DNA from: an uncultured Prevotella sp.
GTDB lineage: Bacteria; Bacteroidota; Bacteroidia; Bacteroidales; Bacteroidaceae
NCBI GenBank assembly: GCA_964464505.1
Contig: CAYXGN010000002.1
Coordinates: forward strand, 1 to 33,911
DNA length: 33,911 nucleotides
Direction of reading: 5' to 3'
Below the pieces are notes generated by a model. That model was not told the origin of the DNA. It saw only the letters and a program-made list of their open reading frames with translations, and searched no databases. The position numbers and the translations under genes were made by a program. This document shows, one piece after another, positions 1-10,386 of the stretch. The stretch's first letter is position 1. Each line of letters begins with the position of its first letter.

Positions 1-45
1 CTAACGATAATCGGGGCTAAATTTTAGCATTCGGGAAATTTTTAC

Positions 46-53
46 TACTTTTG
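46..53 (+). promoter_or_regulatory. Candidate Bacteroidetes -7 promoter box (TACTTTTG) for the parC operon
   Basis: Matches TAnnTTTG about 40 nt upstream of the ATG at 92. Confidence 0.45.
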
Positions 54-91
54 TAAGGAAGTAGCATTACATAGACAAAACAATCCGAACA

Positions 92-2857
92 ATGGACGAT
101 GAAATAAAGAACAATCAGCCAACCGATGACATCCTCGACGAAAAGCAGGGTGAAGAAGTCACCCTCGACTACGACACAGTTCCTGAAGACGAGGAGGAAG
201 AGGGGCGCAGCGACTATCGCCCGGTGAACAGATTCGATGCCTCGGCGGTGCATCACCTTAGCGGTATGTACCAAAACTGGTTTCTCGACTACGCCTCCTA
301 CGTGATTCTGGAGCGCGCCGTGCCCCATATCGAGGACGGACTGAAGCCTGTGCAGCGCCGAATACTGCATTCCATGAAACGCATGGACGACGGAAGCCTC
401 ATCAAAGTGGCAAACATCGTGGGCCACACCATGCAGTTCCACCCTCATGGCGACGGTTCCATAGGCGGCGCTTTGGTGCAGTTGGGACAGAAAAACCTAC
501 TCATCGACTGCCAGGGTAACTGGGGAAATATCTTCACCGGTGACCGCGCCGCAGCACCGCGATATATAGAAGCCAAACTGTCGAAGTTTGCCCTAGAGGT
601 GGTGTTCAACCCCAAGACCACCGACTGGCAACTCTCCTACGATGGCAGAAACAAGGAGCCGATAACGCTTCCTGCCAAGTTCCCGTTGCTGTTGGCACAG
701 GGAACGGAAGGCATCGCCGTGGGATTGAGTTCGAAAATACTCCCCCACAACTTCAATGAGCTGTGTGATGCCGCCGTGAAATACCTTCGCGGCGAGGAGT
801 TCCACCTCTTCCCCGACTTCCCGACAGGGGGCAGCATCGACGTGAGCAAGTATAACGACGGACAGCGAGGAGGCTCGGTGAAGGTGCGCGCAAAGATAGA
901 AAAGGTGGACTCGAAGACTCTTGCCATCCGCGAAATACCCTACGGCAAGACCACAGTGACACTCATCGAGTCAATCCTCAGAGCCGTTGAGAAAGGCAAG
1001 ATAAAGGCAAAGAAGGTGGACGACAACACCTCTGCCAACGTGGAGATACTGGTTCACCTCGCCCCCGGAGTGTCGCCCGACAAGACAATCGATGCCCTCT
1101 ACGCCTTCTCCGACTGCGAAATAAACATCTCTCCCAACTGCTGCGTCATAGAAGACAACAAACCCTGCTTCCTCACCGTCAGCGATGTGCTGCGCCATTC
1201 CACCGACTCCACGATGGGATTGCTGCGCAAGGAACTCAACATAAAGCGTGGCGAACTCTTCGAGCAACTCTTCTTCGCATCGCTGGAGCGCATCTTCATC
1301 GAGCAAAGGATATACAAAGACAAAGGCTTCGAGAACGCCGAAACGATGGATGCCGCCGTTGCCCACATCGCCAAACGGCTGGAGCCCTTCACGAAAGACT
1401 TTGTGCGCGAGGTGACACGCGACGACATCCTCCGACTCATGGAGATAAAGATGCAACGCATCCTGAAGTTCAACAAGGACAAAGCCGACGAACTCATCGC
1501 ACGCATCAACGCCGACATCGCCGTCATTGACAACGACCTGGCACACATGGTGGATGTCACCATAAAGTGGTTTGAGAAACTGAAGGAGAAGTATGGAGCT
1601 GACCATCCGCGCCGGACGGAGCTCAAGAACTTCGACACGATAAAGGCTTCGAAGGTGATGGAGGCCAATCAGAAACTCTATATCAACCGGCAGGAAGGCT
1701 TCGTAGGCACAGGTTTGAAGAAGGATGAGTTCGTTTGCAACTGCTCCGACCTTGACGAGATGATTGTGTTCTTTAAGGATGGCAAGTACAAAGTGCTCAA
1801 AGTGGCTGACAAAGTGTTCGTAGGCAAGAACATTCTGCACGTGCAAGTGTTCAAAAGAGGCGACAAACGCACCATCTACAACGTGGTTTACCGCGACGGA
1901 AAAGCCGGCGCATGCTTCATAAAGCGCTTCTATGTCTCCGCAGTGGTCACAGGAAGGGAATACGACCTCACACAAGGCACACCGCAGTCGCGCGTGCTCT
2001 ACTTCACCGCCAACCCCAACGGCGAGGCGGAAGTGATAAAGGTGACGCTCGAACCGATACCGAAACTCCGCAACCTCTTCATAGAAAAGGACTTCGCCAA
2101 AATCTCCATCCGCACACGCACAAGCAAGGGTTACCTCGTGACGCGCAATCCTGTGCACCGCATCGGACTAAAGAGTCACGGCCTCTCCACGCTCGGCGGC
2201 CGCAAGGTGTGGTTTGACACCGACGTAAACCGAATCAACTACGACGAGCACGGACGCTATCTCGGCGAGTTCAACAATGACGATGCCATCCTCGTGGTGC
2301 TCGAAAACGGCAACTTCTACATCTCGTCGTTCGACGCAAACAACCACTATGAGGACAACATCAAGGTGATAGAGAAATGGAACCCCGCCAAGGTTTGGAC
2401 GGCAGCACTCTTCGATGCCGACAACAATAACAGCCTTTACATCAAGCGTTTCCACATGGATGCAACGAAACGCTATCAGAACTATGTCAGCGACAACCCA
2501 CAAAGCCGGCTCGTTGCACTCACCGACGTGGCGTATCCGCGCTTCGAGGTGACCTTCAAGGCAGAGGAACTGCCCGACGGAAAGACCACACAACGCCCGC
2601 CGATGACAGTGGATGCCGAGGAGTTCGTGGGTGTAAAGGGCTTCAAGGCGAAGGGAAAACGCGTCTGCACATGGGATGTCGATGAGTTGAAGGAACTCGA
2701 ACCCACTCGCTTCCCGGAACCCGAACCGGAGCCGGAGAGCCAAGACGACAATGACAACGAACCCGAAAACCTCGACCCCGATGCCGGAAAAAGCCGGCAA
2801 CAAGTGATTGACGAGATGACCGGGCAACTCAATCTCTTCCCCGATGACAGCATGTAA
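92..2857 (+). CDS. parC: DNA topoisomerase IV subunit A (Bacteroidetes type)
   Basis: 921 aa; DGLKPVQRR, FHPHGD and AAAPRYIEAKL (catalytic Tyr) motifs; no obvious GyrA box; Bacteroidetes ParC-like C-terminal domain; acidic N- and C-terminal tails. Confidence 0.9.
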   Translation: MDDEIKNNQPTDDILDEKQGEEVTLDYDTVPEDEEEEGRSDYRPVNRFDASAVHHLSGMYQNWFLDYASYVILERAVPHIEDGLKPVQRRILHSMKRMDDGSLIKVANIVGHTMQFHPHGDGSIGGALVQLGQKNLLIDCQGNWGNIFTGDRAAAPRYIEAKLSKFALEVVFNPKTTDWQLSYDGRNKEPITLPAKFPLLLAQGTEGIAVGLSSKILPHNFNELCDAAVKYLRGEEFHLFPDFPTGGSIDVSKYNDGQRGGSVKVRAKIEKVDSKTLAIREIPYGKTTVTLIESILRAVEKGKIKAKKVDDNTSANVEILVHLAPGVSPDKTIDALYAFSDCEINISPNCCVIEDNKPCFLTVSDVLRHSTDSTMGLLRKELNIKRGELFEQLFFASLERIFIEQRIYKDKGFENAETMDAAVAHIAKRLEPFTKDFVREVTRDDILRLMEIKMQRILKFNKDKADELIARINADIAVIDNDLAHMVDVTIKWFEKLKEKYGADHPRRTELKNFDTIKASKVMEANQKLYINRQEGFVGTGLKKDEFVCNCSDLDEMIVFFKDGKYKVLKVADKVFVGKNILHVQVFKRGDKRTIYNVVYRDGKAGACFIKRFYVSAVVTGREYDLTQGTPQSRVLYFTANPNGEAEVIKVTLEPIPKLRNLFIEKDFAKISIRTRTSKGYLVTRNPVHRIGLKSHGLSTLGGRKVWFDTDVNRINYDEHGRYLGEFNNDDAILVVLENGNFYISSFDANNHYEDNIKVIEKWNPAKVWTAALFDADNNNSLYIKRFHMDATKRYQNYVSDNPQSRLVALTDVAYPRFEVTFKAEELPDGKTTQRPPMTVDAEEFVGVKGFKAKGKRVCTWDVDELKELEPTRFPEPEPEPESQDDNDNEPENLDPDAGKSRQQVIDEMTGQLNLFPDDSM

Positions 2858-3665
2858 AGTCCTCGCCACCGCCTTGCTCGCCCTCACGGCGAGCCTTGCC
2901 TGCGCTCAGGGCGACACCATCGTGTCGCCCCGAACCATTACCAACGCGCGCATGATAGGCATCGGTGCCACCAACATTCTGGACACTTACCTCTCCCAAG
3001 AGATGTTTCGCGGCATGGAGTTGCGCTACATCTCCCACATAGAACGCGACCGACTGGACAGCCGATGGAGCCGCCGTATAATTCATCAAGGCAACATCGC
3101 ATGGGCAGACAACCGCTCCGACAACGGCGGCGAGATAGCAGGTGCCTATCAGTTCAGCTACGGCGTGCTCCACAAATGGGACTTTCCAGTTGGAAAGGAC
3201 AACATCAGTCTGAAGGCGGGAGCACAACTCGACGCCACCGTCGGCTTCATCTACAACACCCGCGGCACCAACAACCCGGCGCAGGCACGCCTCAACCTCA
3301 ACCTGTCGCCAACCCTTTCAGCCACCTACTCCACCCACATACGCCGCTATCCCATTGCAGTCCGCTACGAAGTGAGTGCTCCTCTGGCCGGCATCATGTT
3401 CAGTCCGAACTACGGGCAGAGCTATTACGAAATCTTTTCGTGCGGCAACTACGACCATAACGTCGTGCCTACCACCTTCATAGCAACCCCTTCGCTGCGC
3501 CAAATGCTCACCATCGACTTGCCAATAGGCCGCACCACACTGCGGATAGGCTATCTCGGCGACATGCAACAGGCTCATGTGAACAACCTTAAACAGCACA
3601 TCTACACCCACGCGGTGCTCATCGGCATCGTGAAACGGTTTAAGACAATACGCCTACGCCCATGA
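2844..3665 (+). CDS. DUF3316-like exported protein, probable outer-membrane beta-barrel
   Basis: Signal peptide ending ACA-Q; amphipathic beta-strands; FSPNYGQSYYEIF motif; overlaps the end of parC by 14 nt. Confidence 0.7.
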   Translation: MTACKVLATALLALTASLACAQGDTIVSPRTITNARMIGIGATNILDTYLSQEMFRGMELRYISHIERDRLDSRWSRRIIHQGNIAWADNRSDNGGEIAGAYQFSYGVLHKWDFPVGKDNISLKAGAQLDATVGFIYNTRGTNNPAQARLNLNLSPTLSATYSTHIRRYPIAVRYEVSAPLAGIMFSPNYGQSYYEIFSCGNYDHNVVPTTFIATPSLRQMLTIDLPIGRTTLRIGYLGDMQQAHVNNLKQHIYTHAVLIGIVKRFKTIRLRP

Positions 3666-4705
3666 AACAGCACCTCAAACACTTCCTTCTGCTCATCGTC
3701 TGCGCCTTCGCGATGACGGCATGCGTGGACGAAGAGGAATACAACGACACTCCGAGCGACAACTTCGAAGCCCTCTGGCGCATCATAGACGAGCACTATT
3801 GCTTCTTCGACTATAAGGCATCGGCTTACGGACTCGACTGGGACGAGGTGCACTCGCGCTACGCCCGCCAGATAACCGACAACCTTTCAGACGCTCAACT
3901 CTTTGAAATCCTTGGCAATATGCTTGGAGAACTGCGCGATGGACACGTCAATATGTACTCCGCTTGGGACACTTCGCGCAACTGGGAATGGAAGGAAGCC
4001 TACCCGTCGAATATCAGTGACACGCTCATTTCAAAATATCTCGGCACCGACTTCCGCATGGCGGCGGGACTGAAATACCGCATCCTCGACGACAACACGG
4101 GCTATGTGCGCTGCGCATCGTTCTCCACCGCACCGGGAGAAGGCAACCTCGACGAGATGATGATGCACTTTGCGGCGTGCAACTCACTCATCATCGACAT
4201 CCGCGACAATGGCGGCGGCATGCTCACGGCAGCCGAAAAGGTGGCTGCAAGGTTCACAAACGAAGAACTGTTGGTGGGTTACATGCAGCACAAAACGGGC
4301 AAAGGGCACTCCGATTTCTCCTCAATGGATGAGCAACGGCTTAAGCCCAGCAGCGGAATGAGGTGGCAAAAGCGCGTCGCAGTGCTCACAAACAGAGCCG
4401 TATACAGCGCCGCCAACGAATTCGTGAAGTACATGCGGTGCTGCCCCAAAGTCATTGTAGTGGGCGACAGGACTGGAGGCGGAGCCGGAATGCCCTACTC
4501 CAGCGAACTCCCGATAGGTTGGAGCGTGCGCTTTTCAGCGTGCCCCATGTTCGACAGGAACAAGGAAAGCACCGAGTTCGGCATCGACCCCGACTACAAT
4601 GTGAGTCTGTCGCAAGCCGACATCCTGCGCGGTGAGGACACAATAATAGAAGAGGCGCGCCGCCTTCTGCGCGCCAATGGCAACGAAACAAACAACGAAC
4701 AATAA
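3662..4705 (+). CDS. S41-family peptidase lipoprotein (tricorn C1-like domain plus S41 domain)
   Basis: Lipobox MTA-C followed by acidic VDEEEY; LRDGH, IIDIRDNGGG, YSAANEF (catalytic Ser) and GDRTGG motifs; ATGA overlap with the upstream stop. Confidence 0.9.
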   Translation: MKQHLKHFLLLIVCAFAMTACVDEEEYNDTPSDNFEALWRIIDEHYCFFDYKASAYGLDWDEVHSRYARQITDNLSDAQLFEILGNMLGELRDGHVNMYSAWDTSRNWEWKEAYPSNISDTLISKYLGTDFRMAAGLKYRILDDNTGYVRCASFSTAPGEGNLDEMMMHFAACNSLIIDIRDNGGGMLTAAEKVAARFTNEELLVGYMQHKTGKGHSDFSSMDEQRLKPSSGMRWQKRVAVLTNRAVYSAANEFVKYMRCCPKVIVVGDRTGGGAGMPYSSELPIGWSVRFSACPMFDRNKESTEFGIDPDYNVSLSQADILRGEDTIIEEARRLLRANGNETNNEQ

Positions 4706-4733
4706 ATCATAACAAACAAAAAAACACGCAATT

Positions 4734-5747
4734 ATGAATGTAGCAATAGTTGGTGCGAGTGGAGCCGTGGGACAAGAGTTCCTCCGCATCCTCGCAGAGA
4801 GAAACTTTCCGATTGACAATCTCACCCTCTTCGGCTCGCAACGGTCAGCCGGACGCAAGTACAACTTCAAAGGAACGGACTACGAAGTGAAACTTTTGCA
4901 GCACAACGATGACTTCAAGGACATCGATGTAGCCTTTGTTTCCGCCGGCGGCGGCACTTCAAAGGAGTTCGCCGACACCATCACCAAGCACGGCTGTGTG
5001 ATGATTGACAACTCAAGTGCCTTCCGTATGTGCGACGATGTGCCTCTCGTGGTGCCCGAATGCAACGCAGAAGACGCGCTAAACCGTCCCCGCGGCATCA
5101 TAGCAAACCCTAACTGCACCACGATAATGATGGTTGTGGTGCTCAAACCCCTTGAAGCCATCAGCCATATCAAGCGCATCCACATCGCCAGCTATCAGAG
5201 TGCGAGTGGCGCAGGAGCCGCAGCCATGGCGGAGTTGCAGCAGGAATACAAAGAGATAATTGAAGGACAGCCCGTCACAGTGAACAAGTTCCCGCACCAG
5301 TTGGCTTACAACGTCATCCCGCAGATAGACGTTTTCACCGACAACGGTTACACGAAAGAGGAGATGAAGATGTTCAACGAGACCCGCAAGATAATGCATT
5401 CCGACGTGAAATGTTCCGCAATGTGCGTGCGGGTGAGCTCGCTCCGCTCCCATTCCGAGAGCGTTTGGATTGAGACAGAGCGTCCCATCAGCGTGGAGGA
5501 AGCCCAGAAAGCCATAGCAGCAGCACCCGGATGCACCCTGAAGGACGACCCCTCAAACCTCGTTTACCCCATGCCTCTCGAGACAGCAGGCAAGGACGAC
5601 GTGTTCGTGGGGCGTGTCCGCAAGGACCTTGCAGACGATTGCGGACTCACCTTCTGGCTCAGTGGCGACCAGATTCGTAAGGGAGCAGCCCTCAACGCAG
5701 TCCAAATAGCCGAATACTTGGAAAAGGTTGGCGACCTGAAGAAATAA
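4734..5747 (+). CDS. asd: Aspartate-semialdehyde dehydrogenase
   Basis: GASGAVG Rossmann motif, [14 protein letters not shown] catalytic Cys, [17 protein letters not shown]. Confidence 0.97.
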   Translation: MNVAIVGASGAVGQEFLRILAERNFPIDNLTLFGSQRSAGRKYNFKGTDYEVKLLQHNDDFKDIDVAFVSAGGGTSKEFADTITKHGCVMIDNSSAFRMCDDVPLVVPECNAEDALNRPRGIIANPNCTTIMMVVVLKPLEAISHIKRIHIASYQSASGAGAAAMAELQQEYKEIIEGQPVTVNKFPHQLAYNVIPQIDVFTDNGYTKEEMKMFNETRKIMHSDVKCSAMCVRVSSLRSHSESVWIETERPISVEEAQKAIAAAPGCTLKDDPSNLVYPMPLETAGKDDVFVGRVRKDLADDCGLTFWLSGDQIRKGAALNAVQIAEYLEKVGDLKK

Positions 5748-5762
5748 TCCTTCGGAGACATT

Positions 5763-5812
5763 GGGCGTGCCTCGGAGATGCGCGCCTACTATGGTTACCC
5801 TTGCAACTGAGC
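5763..5812. repeat. REP-like palindromic element, single arm (copy A)
   Basis: GGGCGTGCCTCGGAGATGCGCGCCTACTATGGTTACCC closely matches the arms at 18688, 20336 and 24268. Confidence 0.85.
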
Positions 5813-5844
5813 AATAACGGCGTTGCAACTGAGCGACAATAACG

Positions 5845-5890
5845 AAAGAAGGCTCGCTACGCAAAAGCGTAAGCGAGCCTTCTTTTATTT
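5845..5890. terminator. Bidirectional intrinsic terminator between convergent asd and pckA
   Basis: AAAGAAGGCTCGCT-ACGC-AAAA-GCGT-A-AGCGAGCCTTCTTT hairpin followed by TATTT. Confidence 0.85.
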
Positions 5891-5916
5891 GAAACTTTAC
5901 TGTTTGTCGGTTCCGA

Positions 5917-7518
5917 TTAGAGCTTCGGGCCTGCCACAACGAGAGCCTTTCCGGCTTCGTTGTTCTCATACTTCTTGAAGTTTTTGATGAAGCGTGCAGC
6001 GAGGTCCTTTGCTTTTTCCTCCCACTGTGAAGCCTCAGCGTAGGTGTCGCGTGGGTCGAGAATCTCGGTGGCAACGCCCGGAAGTACTGTAGGCACCTTG
6101 AGGTCGAACATTGGAATCTGCTTTGTTGGAGCCTTGTCGATTTCGCCATTGAGGATAGCATCGATGATTCCGCGTGTGTCGCGGATAGAGATGCGCTTGC
6201 CAGTGCCGTTCCATCCGGTGTTCACGAGGTAAGCCTTGGCGTTGTTCTTCTCCATTTTCTTAACCAACTCTTCTGCATATTTTGTCGGATGGAGTTCGAG
6301 GAATGCCTGTCCGAAGCAAGCGGAGAAGGTGGGGGTGGGCTCTGTGATGCCGCGCTCTGTACCTGCCAGCTTGGCTGTGAAGCCAGAGAGGAAGTAGTAT
6401 TTTGTCTGCTCCGGTGTCAGGATTGATACTGGAGGCAGCACGCCGAAGGCATCGGCAGAGAGGAAGATAACCTGCTTTGCTGCTGGAGCTGACGAGCCCG
6501 GCTGGATGTTGTTGATATGGTTGATTGGGTAAGACACGCGGGTGTTCTCGGTAACGCTCTTGTCTGCGAAGTCAATCTTGCCGTTGGCGTCCACTGTTAC
6601 GTTCTCAAGGAGAGCGTCGCGACGGATTGCATTGTAGATGTCGGGTTCTGATTCCTTATCGAGGTTGATAACCTTTGCGTAGCAACCGCCTTCGAAGTTG
6701 AACACACCGTTGTCGTCCCATCCGTGCTCATCGTCGCCGATGAGTTTGCGCTTCGGGTCGGTTGAGAGTGTGGTCTTGCCTGTTCCGGACAGTCCGAAGA
6801 AGATAGCGGTGTTCTGTCCGTTCATGTCGCAGTTGGCAGAGCAGTGCATTGAGGCAATGCCTTTGAGGGGAAGGAAGTAGTTCATCATTGAGAACATACC
6901 CTTCTTCATTTCTCCTCCGTACCAAGTGTTGATGATAACCTGCTCCTTGGAAGTCACGTTGAAGGCAACGCAAGTCTCGGAATTGAGTCCAAGTTCCTTA
7001 TAGTTGGCCACCTTTGCTTTTGAAGCGTTGTAGACAACGAAGTCGGGTTCGAATGCCTCGAGCTCTTCAGCGGTGGGGCGGATGAACATATTTGTCACGA
7101 AGTGAGCCTGCCATGCCACCTCAACGATGAAACGGACAGCCATGCGTGTGTCCTTGTTGGCACCGCAGAAACCGTCGACAACATAGAGGTTCTTGTTGCA
7201 AAGCTCATCCTTAGCAAGGGTCTTTACATTTTCCCAAACGTCCTGTGACATTGGGTGGTTGTCGTTCTTGTACTCCTCAGAAGTCCACCACACGGTGTCC
7301 TTGGAGTTCTCGTCCATGACGATGTACTTGTCCTTGGGCGAGCGGCCGGTGTAGATGCCGGTCATAACGTTTACTGCGCCGAGCTCAGTCTGCTGTCCAA
7401 CCTCGAAGCCTTTGAGTCCTTCTTTGGTCTCTTCTTCAAACAGTTGCTCGTACGACGGATTGTGTGCAATCACCGTTGAACCGGTGATGCCGTACTTTGT
7501 CAAATCTAACTTTGCCAT
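5917..7518 (-). CDS. pckA: Phosphoenolpyruvate carboxykinase (ATP)
   Basis: [33 protein letters not shown] (P-loop), [19 protein letters not shown]. Confidence 0.98.
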   Translation of the reverse strand: MAKLDLTKYGITGSTVIAHNPSYEQLFEEETKEGLKGFEVGQQTELGAVNVMTGIYTGRSPKDKYIVMDENSKDTVWWTSEEYKNDNHPMSQDVWENVKTLAKDELCNKNLYVVDGFCGANKDTRMAVRFIVEVAWQAHFVTNMFIRPTAEELEAFEPDFVVYNASKAKVANYKELGLNSETCVAFNVTSKEQVIINTWYGGEMKKGMFSMMNYFLPLKGIASMHCSANCDMNGQNTAIFFGLSGTGKTTLSTDPKRKLIGDDEHGWDDNGVFNFEGGCYAKVINLDKESEPDIYNAIRRDALLENVTVDANGKIDFADKSVTENTRVSYPINHINNIQPGSSAPAAKQVIFLSADAFGVLPPVSILTPEQTKYYFLSGFTAKLAGTERGITEPTPTFSACFGQAFLELHPTKYAEELVKKMEKNNAKAYLVNTGWNGTGKRISIRDTRGIIDAILNGEIDKAPTKQIPMFDLKVPTVLPGVATEILDPRDTYAEASQWEEKAKDLAARFIKNFKKYENNEAGKALVVAGPKL

Positions 7519-7573
7519 TTTTATAAAAATATTTATTTAGATGTGAAATATAAATGTCGTCTTTTTACCGCCG

Positions 7574-7581
7574 CAAAGGTA
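7574..7581 (-). promoter_or_regulatory. -7 promoter box (TACCTTTG) for pckA
   Basis: TAnnTTTG followed by C on the minus strand, about 55 nt upstream of the start. Confidence 0.7.
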
Positions 7582-7721
7582 TGAAAAAAGTGCAGAACAG
7601 CAACGCTACTAATATAAAAATGTGAAAGCGGCTAAACCTTTTTTATGTTAAATATTCAGAAAATCGGAGCCGATACACCATATTGCAATTTACATATTAC
7701 AAAACAATGGGGGAAAATGCG

Positions 7722-7729
7722 TAACTTTG
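7722..7729 (+). promoter_or_regulatory. -7 promoter box (TAACTTTG) for upp
   Basis: TAnnTTTGC in an AT-rich divergent intergenic region. Confidence 0.7.
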
Positions 7730-7810
7730 CCTGGTTTCCGAAACATTCGCTTTCGATGTGGTGGGGCCGACAATCATTTTGCACAAATTATAACAGTAAA
7801 ACCTATAACA

Positions 7811-8467
7811 ATGGAAATTATTGATTTCAGCAAGTCGAACTCCATCATCAACAAGTATATGGCGGAGATGCGCGACAAGGATTATCAGGGCAACCGCCTG
7901 CTCTTCCGCAACAACATCATGCGCGTTGGCGAACTCATCGCCTACGAACTCAGCAAGACATTCGATTACAAGGAGCGCGCCGTGGAGACTCCTCTCGGCA
8001 CCGCCAAGATTAACGTGCCCACCGACAAACTGGTGCTCGGCACCATCTTCCGTGCCGGTCTGCCCTTCCATCAAGGCTTCCTCAATATCTTCGACCATGC
8101 CGGCAACGCCTTCGTGAGCGCTTATCGCGAATACACCGACGACACCCACACGGAGGTGGGAATACACGTTGAGTATCTCGCCACGCCCGATTTGAACGAT
8201 GCCACACTCATCATCGCCGACCCAATGCTTGCCACTGGTGGCTCAATGGAGTTTGGCTACAAGGCATTGCTCACCAAAGGCACTCCCAAGAAAGTGCATC
8301 TCGTCTGCGTAATCGCCGCTCCCGAGGGTATAGAACACGTAAGAAAGACATTCCCCGAAGACACAACCATCTGGTGCGCAGCCATCGACCCGGGTCTGAA
8401 CGAGCACAAATACATCGTCCCCGGCTTTGGAGATGCCGGAGATTTGTGCTTTGGCGGGAAAATCTGA
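7811..8467 (+). CDS. upp: Uracil phosphoribosyltransferase
   Basis: VETPLG, IFRAG, IIADPMLATGGS (PRPP-binding loop), YIVPGFGDAGD; start set at ATG 7811 because the ORF-track TTG at 7727 lies inside the promoter box. Confidence 0.96.
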   Translation: MEIIDFSKSNSIINKYMAEMRDKDYQGNRLLFRNNIMRVGELIAYELSKTFDYKERAVETPLGTAKINVPTDKLVLGTIFRAGLPFHQGFLNIFDHAGNAFVSAYREYTDDTHTEVGIHVEYLATPDLNDATLIIADPMLATGGSMEFGYKALLTKGTPKKVHLVCVIAAPEGIEHVRKTFPEDTTIWCAAIDPGLNEHKYIVPGFGDAGDLCFGGKI

Positions 8468-8506
8468 TAGCCCACATTCAAGGCCGTTACAGCCTTGCCA
8501 CATAAA

Positions 8507-8555
8507 CGGACGGGACTTCTTCGCATTATGAAGAAGCCCCGTCCGCTTTTCTTTC
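8507..8555. terminator. Intrinsic terminator between convergent upp and the Na/Pi cotransporter gene
   Basis: CGGACGGG-A-CTTCTTC / GAAGAAG-C-CCCGTCCG stem followed by CTTTTCTTT. Confidence 0.8.
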
Positions 8556-8579
8556 TGGCGATTTACGACCGCTTATGCC

Positions 8580-10274
8580 TTACGCTTCGCGCTGCCGCGT
8601 GCCCATTCGGGCCTCCACAACATTCACGACGTAGTCGCCGAGCTTCTCGCATTCCGAAACGATGTCCATATACATGGTGCCGATGGCGTAGGTGTATTTA
8701 TGGTCGTTCACATCGTTTATGTTCTGACTCTTGAGTTGGTTGCGGTAGCTGTTTATCTCGTTCTCGATGTTGAACGAACGGTGTGCATCGAGATTCTCGC
8801 GCCGTCCCTGCAACAGGACATTCATCTGCGTGAGGGCGTCATCGGTGAGTTCGAACATCTGATGTAGGTGTTCATACTGCTTTTCGGTGAAGTCCTCCTT
8901 GCCGTTCTTCTTCCGGCTGATGGTGCGCGCGATGTTATAGCATGAGTCGCCGATTGATTCTATCTCGCTAATCTCGCGCAGCATGGCGCGAATCTTGGCT
9001 TTTGTCTCATCAGAGAGGTGCGCGTCGCCCACGGCATCAAGATAGTTTGCTATCTCGATGTCCATATTGTCGGAGATGCTTTCATATTTCTCTATCCTCG
9101 CAAAGAGCTTCGAGAAGGCGGCATCGTCCTTCACTCCGAGCAGTTCCCTTACCATTGCGAACATCCTTTGAATGCGGTCGGCGAACGATTGTATCTCCTT
9201 TTGAGCCTCAAGGACTGAGAGTTCGGGCGTTTTCATGATGCTTTTGCCACCGATATAGCGCAGACGGAAGTCCTCTTCCTCGTCCACACGGCGCTGTTTG
9301 ATGACATAACACACGAATTTCTCTATCTGGGGGATGAACCAAATGAGCAGCGCAGAGTTGCAGACATTAAACGATGTGTGGAAAGCGGCAAGCACAACGG
9401 ACAGCTTCTGGGCGTTGAGTCCTCCCGATTCGGGGTCGTAACCCACCATTCCGCACACCAGATTGATGAACGGATAGAACACCACGAGCACCCAAATGAC
9501 TCCCGTGACATTGAAAACAAGGTGAGAGAAGGCTGCACGCCGGGCTTGCGTGTTGGCAGCCAAGGCTGCAAGGTTGGCCGTTAGCGTTGTTCCTATGTTC
9601 TCGCCCATTACCAATGCGATGCCCATATAGATGGGAAGCACTCCGCTTGAGCACATGACCATGGTGATGGCCATTAGTGCTGCCGACGATTGGAGAATGC
9701 ATGTGAGCAGCGTTCCAATGAGAAGGAAAACGATTATGGTAATGTAACTGTTGGTATCGAAGGATTTGAAGAAGTCCAACACCGATTGGTTGTGGCTCAA
9801 ATCCATCTCGTTGCCGGTCTGGGAAAGCAAGGCGATGGAGAAAAACATAAACGCTACGCCGAAAAGGAAGTCTCCGATGTAGCGGTAACGGCGCGTGTAG
9901 ATGAGCAAAATGGCAATGATAAAAGCCGGGAACACCGCATCGAGGAGGTTGAAAGAAAAGCCCAGCGACATTATCCAAGCCGTGAACGTGGTGCCGATGT
10001 TGGCTCCCATGATTACCGAGATGGCTTGGGCGAGGGTGAGAAGACCCGCGTTGACGAAGGAAACTGTCATCACTGTCGTCGCTGTTGACGATTGCACCGA
10101 GGCGGTTACGAACATTCCGGTGAGCAGTCCGGTAAAGCGGTTGGTTGTCATCGCACCGAGGATGTGGCGCAATTGTGAGCCCGCCATCTTCTGAAGAGCT
10201 TCGCTCATCACCTTCATTCCATAAATGAGGAGGGCCAATGAGCCGACAATCTTAAAAAAAATCCAAATCGACAT
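8580..10274 (-). CDS. Na+/Pi cotransporter family protein with C-terminal PhoU-like domains
   Basis: Two QSS repeats (VQSSTAT, LQSSAA), GANIGTT and GENIGTT, many TM segments, C-terminal ESIGD and EKLGD motifs. Confidence 0.93.
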   Translation of the reverse strand: MSIWIFFKIVGSLALLIYGMKVMSEALQKMAGSQLRHILGAMTTNRFTGLLTGMFVTASVQSSTATTVMTVSFVNAGLLTLAQAISVIMGANIGTTFTAWIMSLGFSFNLLDAVFPAFIIAILLIYTRRYRYIGDFLFGVAFMFFSIALLSQTGNEMDLSHNQSVLDFFKSFDTNSYITIIVFLLIGTLLTCILQSSAALMAITMVMCSSGVLPIYMGIALVMGENIGTTLTANLAALAANTQARRAAFSHLVFNVTGVIWVLVVFYPFINLVCGMVGYDPESGGLNAQKLSVVLAAFHTSFNVCNSALLIWFIPQIEKFVCYVIKQRRVDEEEDFRLRYIGGKSIMKTPELSVLEAQKEIQSFADRIQRMFAMVRELLGVKDDAAFSKLFARIEKYESISDNMDIEIANYLDAVGDAHLSDETKAKIRAMLREISEIESIGDSCYNIARTISRKKNGKEDFTEKQYEHLHQMFELTDDALTQMNVLLQGRRENLDAHRSFNIENEINSYRNQLKSQNINDVNDHKYTYAIGTMYMDIVSECEKLGDYVVNVVEARMGTRQREA

Positions 10275-10324
10275 ATTTTTATTTAATTTGTTTGCGCTGT
10301 TGCGTCAAGTGCCGGAAAAGGGTG

Positions 10325-10332
10325 TATCTTTG
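10325..10332 (+). promoter_or_regulatory. -7 promoter box (TATCTTTG) for the kinase-ribD unit
   Basis: TAnnTTTGCA with a TTG about 22 nt upstream. Confidence 0.7.
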
Positions 10333-10386
10333 CAATGTGGAATGACTCCTGACACTCCTTTTCGATTCAATTAAACCGTAACAGAA

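Noticed and set aside
971..2158. Long antisense ORFs (395 aa here; also 12065-13069, 11353-12210, 15789-16595 and others)
   Set aside because: They shadow well-identified genes on the opposite strand, a by-product of codon bias in GC-rich genes; no recognisable motifs.
2714..2770. Short repeats encoding PEPEPEPE and DNDNE in the ParC tail
   Set aside because: Low-complexity acidic linker within a CDS, not an independent repeat element.
7727..7810. N-terminal extensions in the ORF track for upp (also ribD from 11930 and TlpA from 33781)
   Set aside because: The extensions overlap promoter boxes or the upstream gene; family similarity begins at the downstream ATGs.
7730..7810. Possible pyrimidine-responsive attenuator in the upp leader
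   Set aside because: Only a weak ACAT(T)CG/CGATGT stem; no PyrR-binding motif or terminator U tract is visible.
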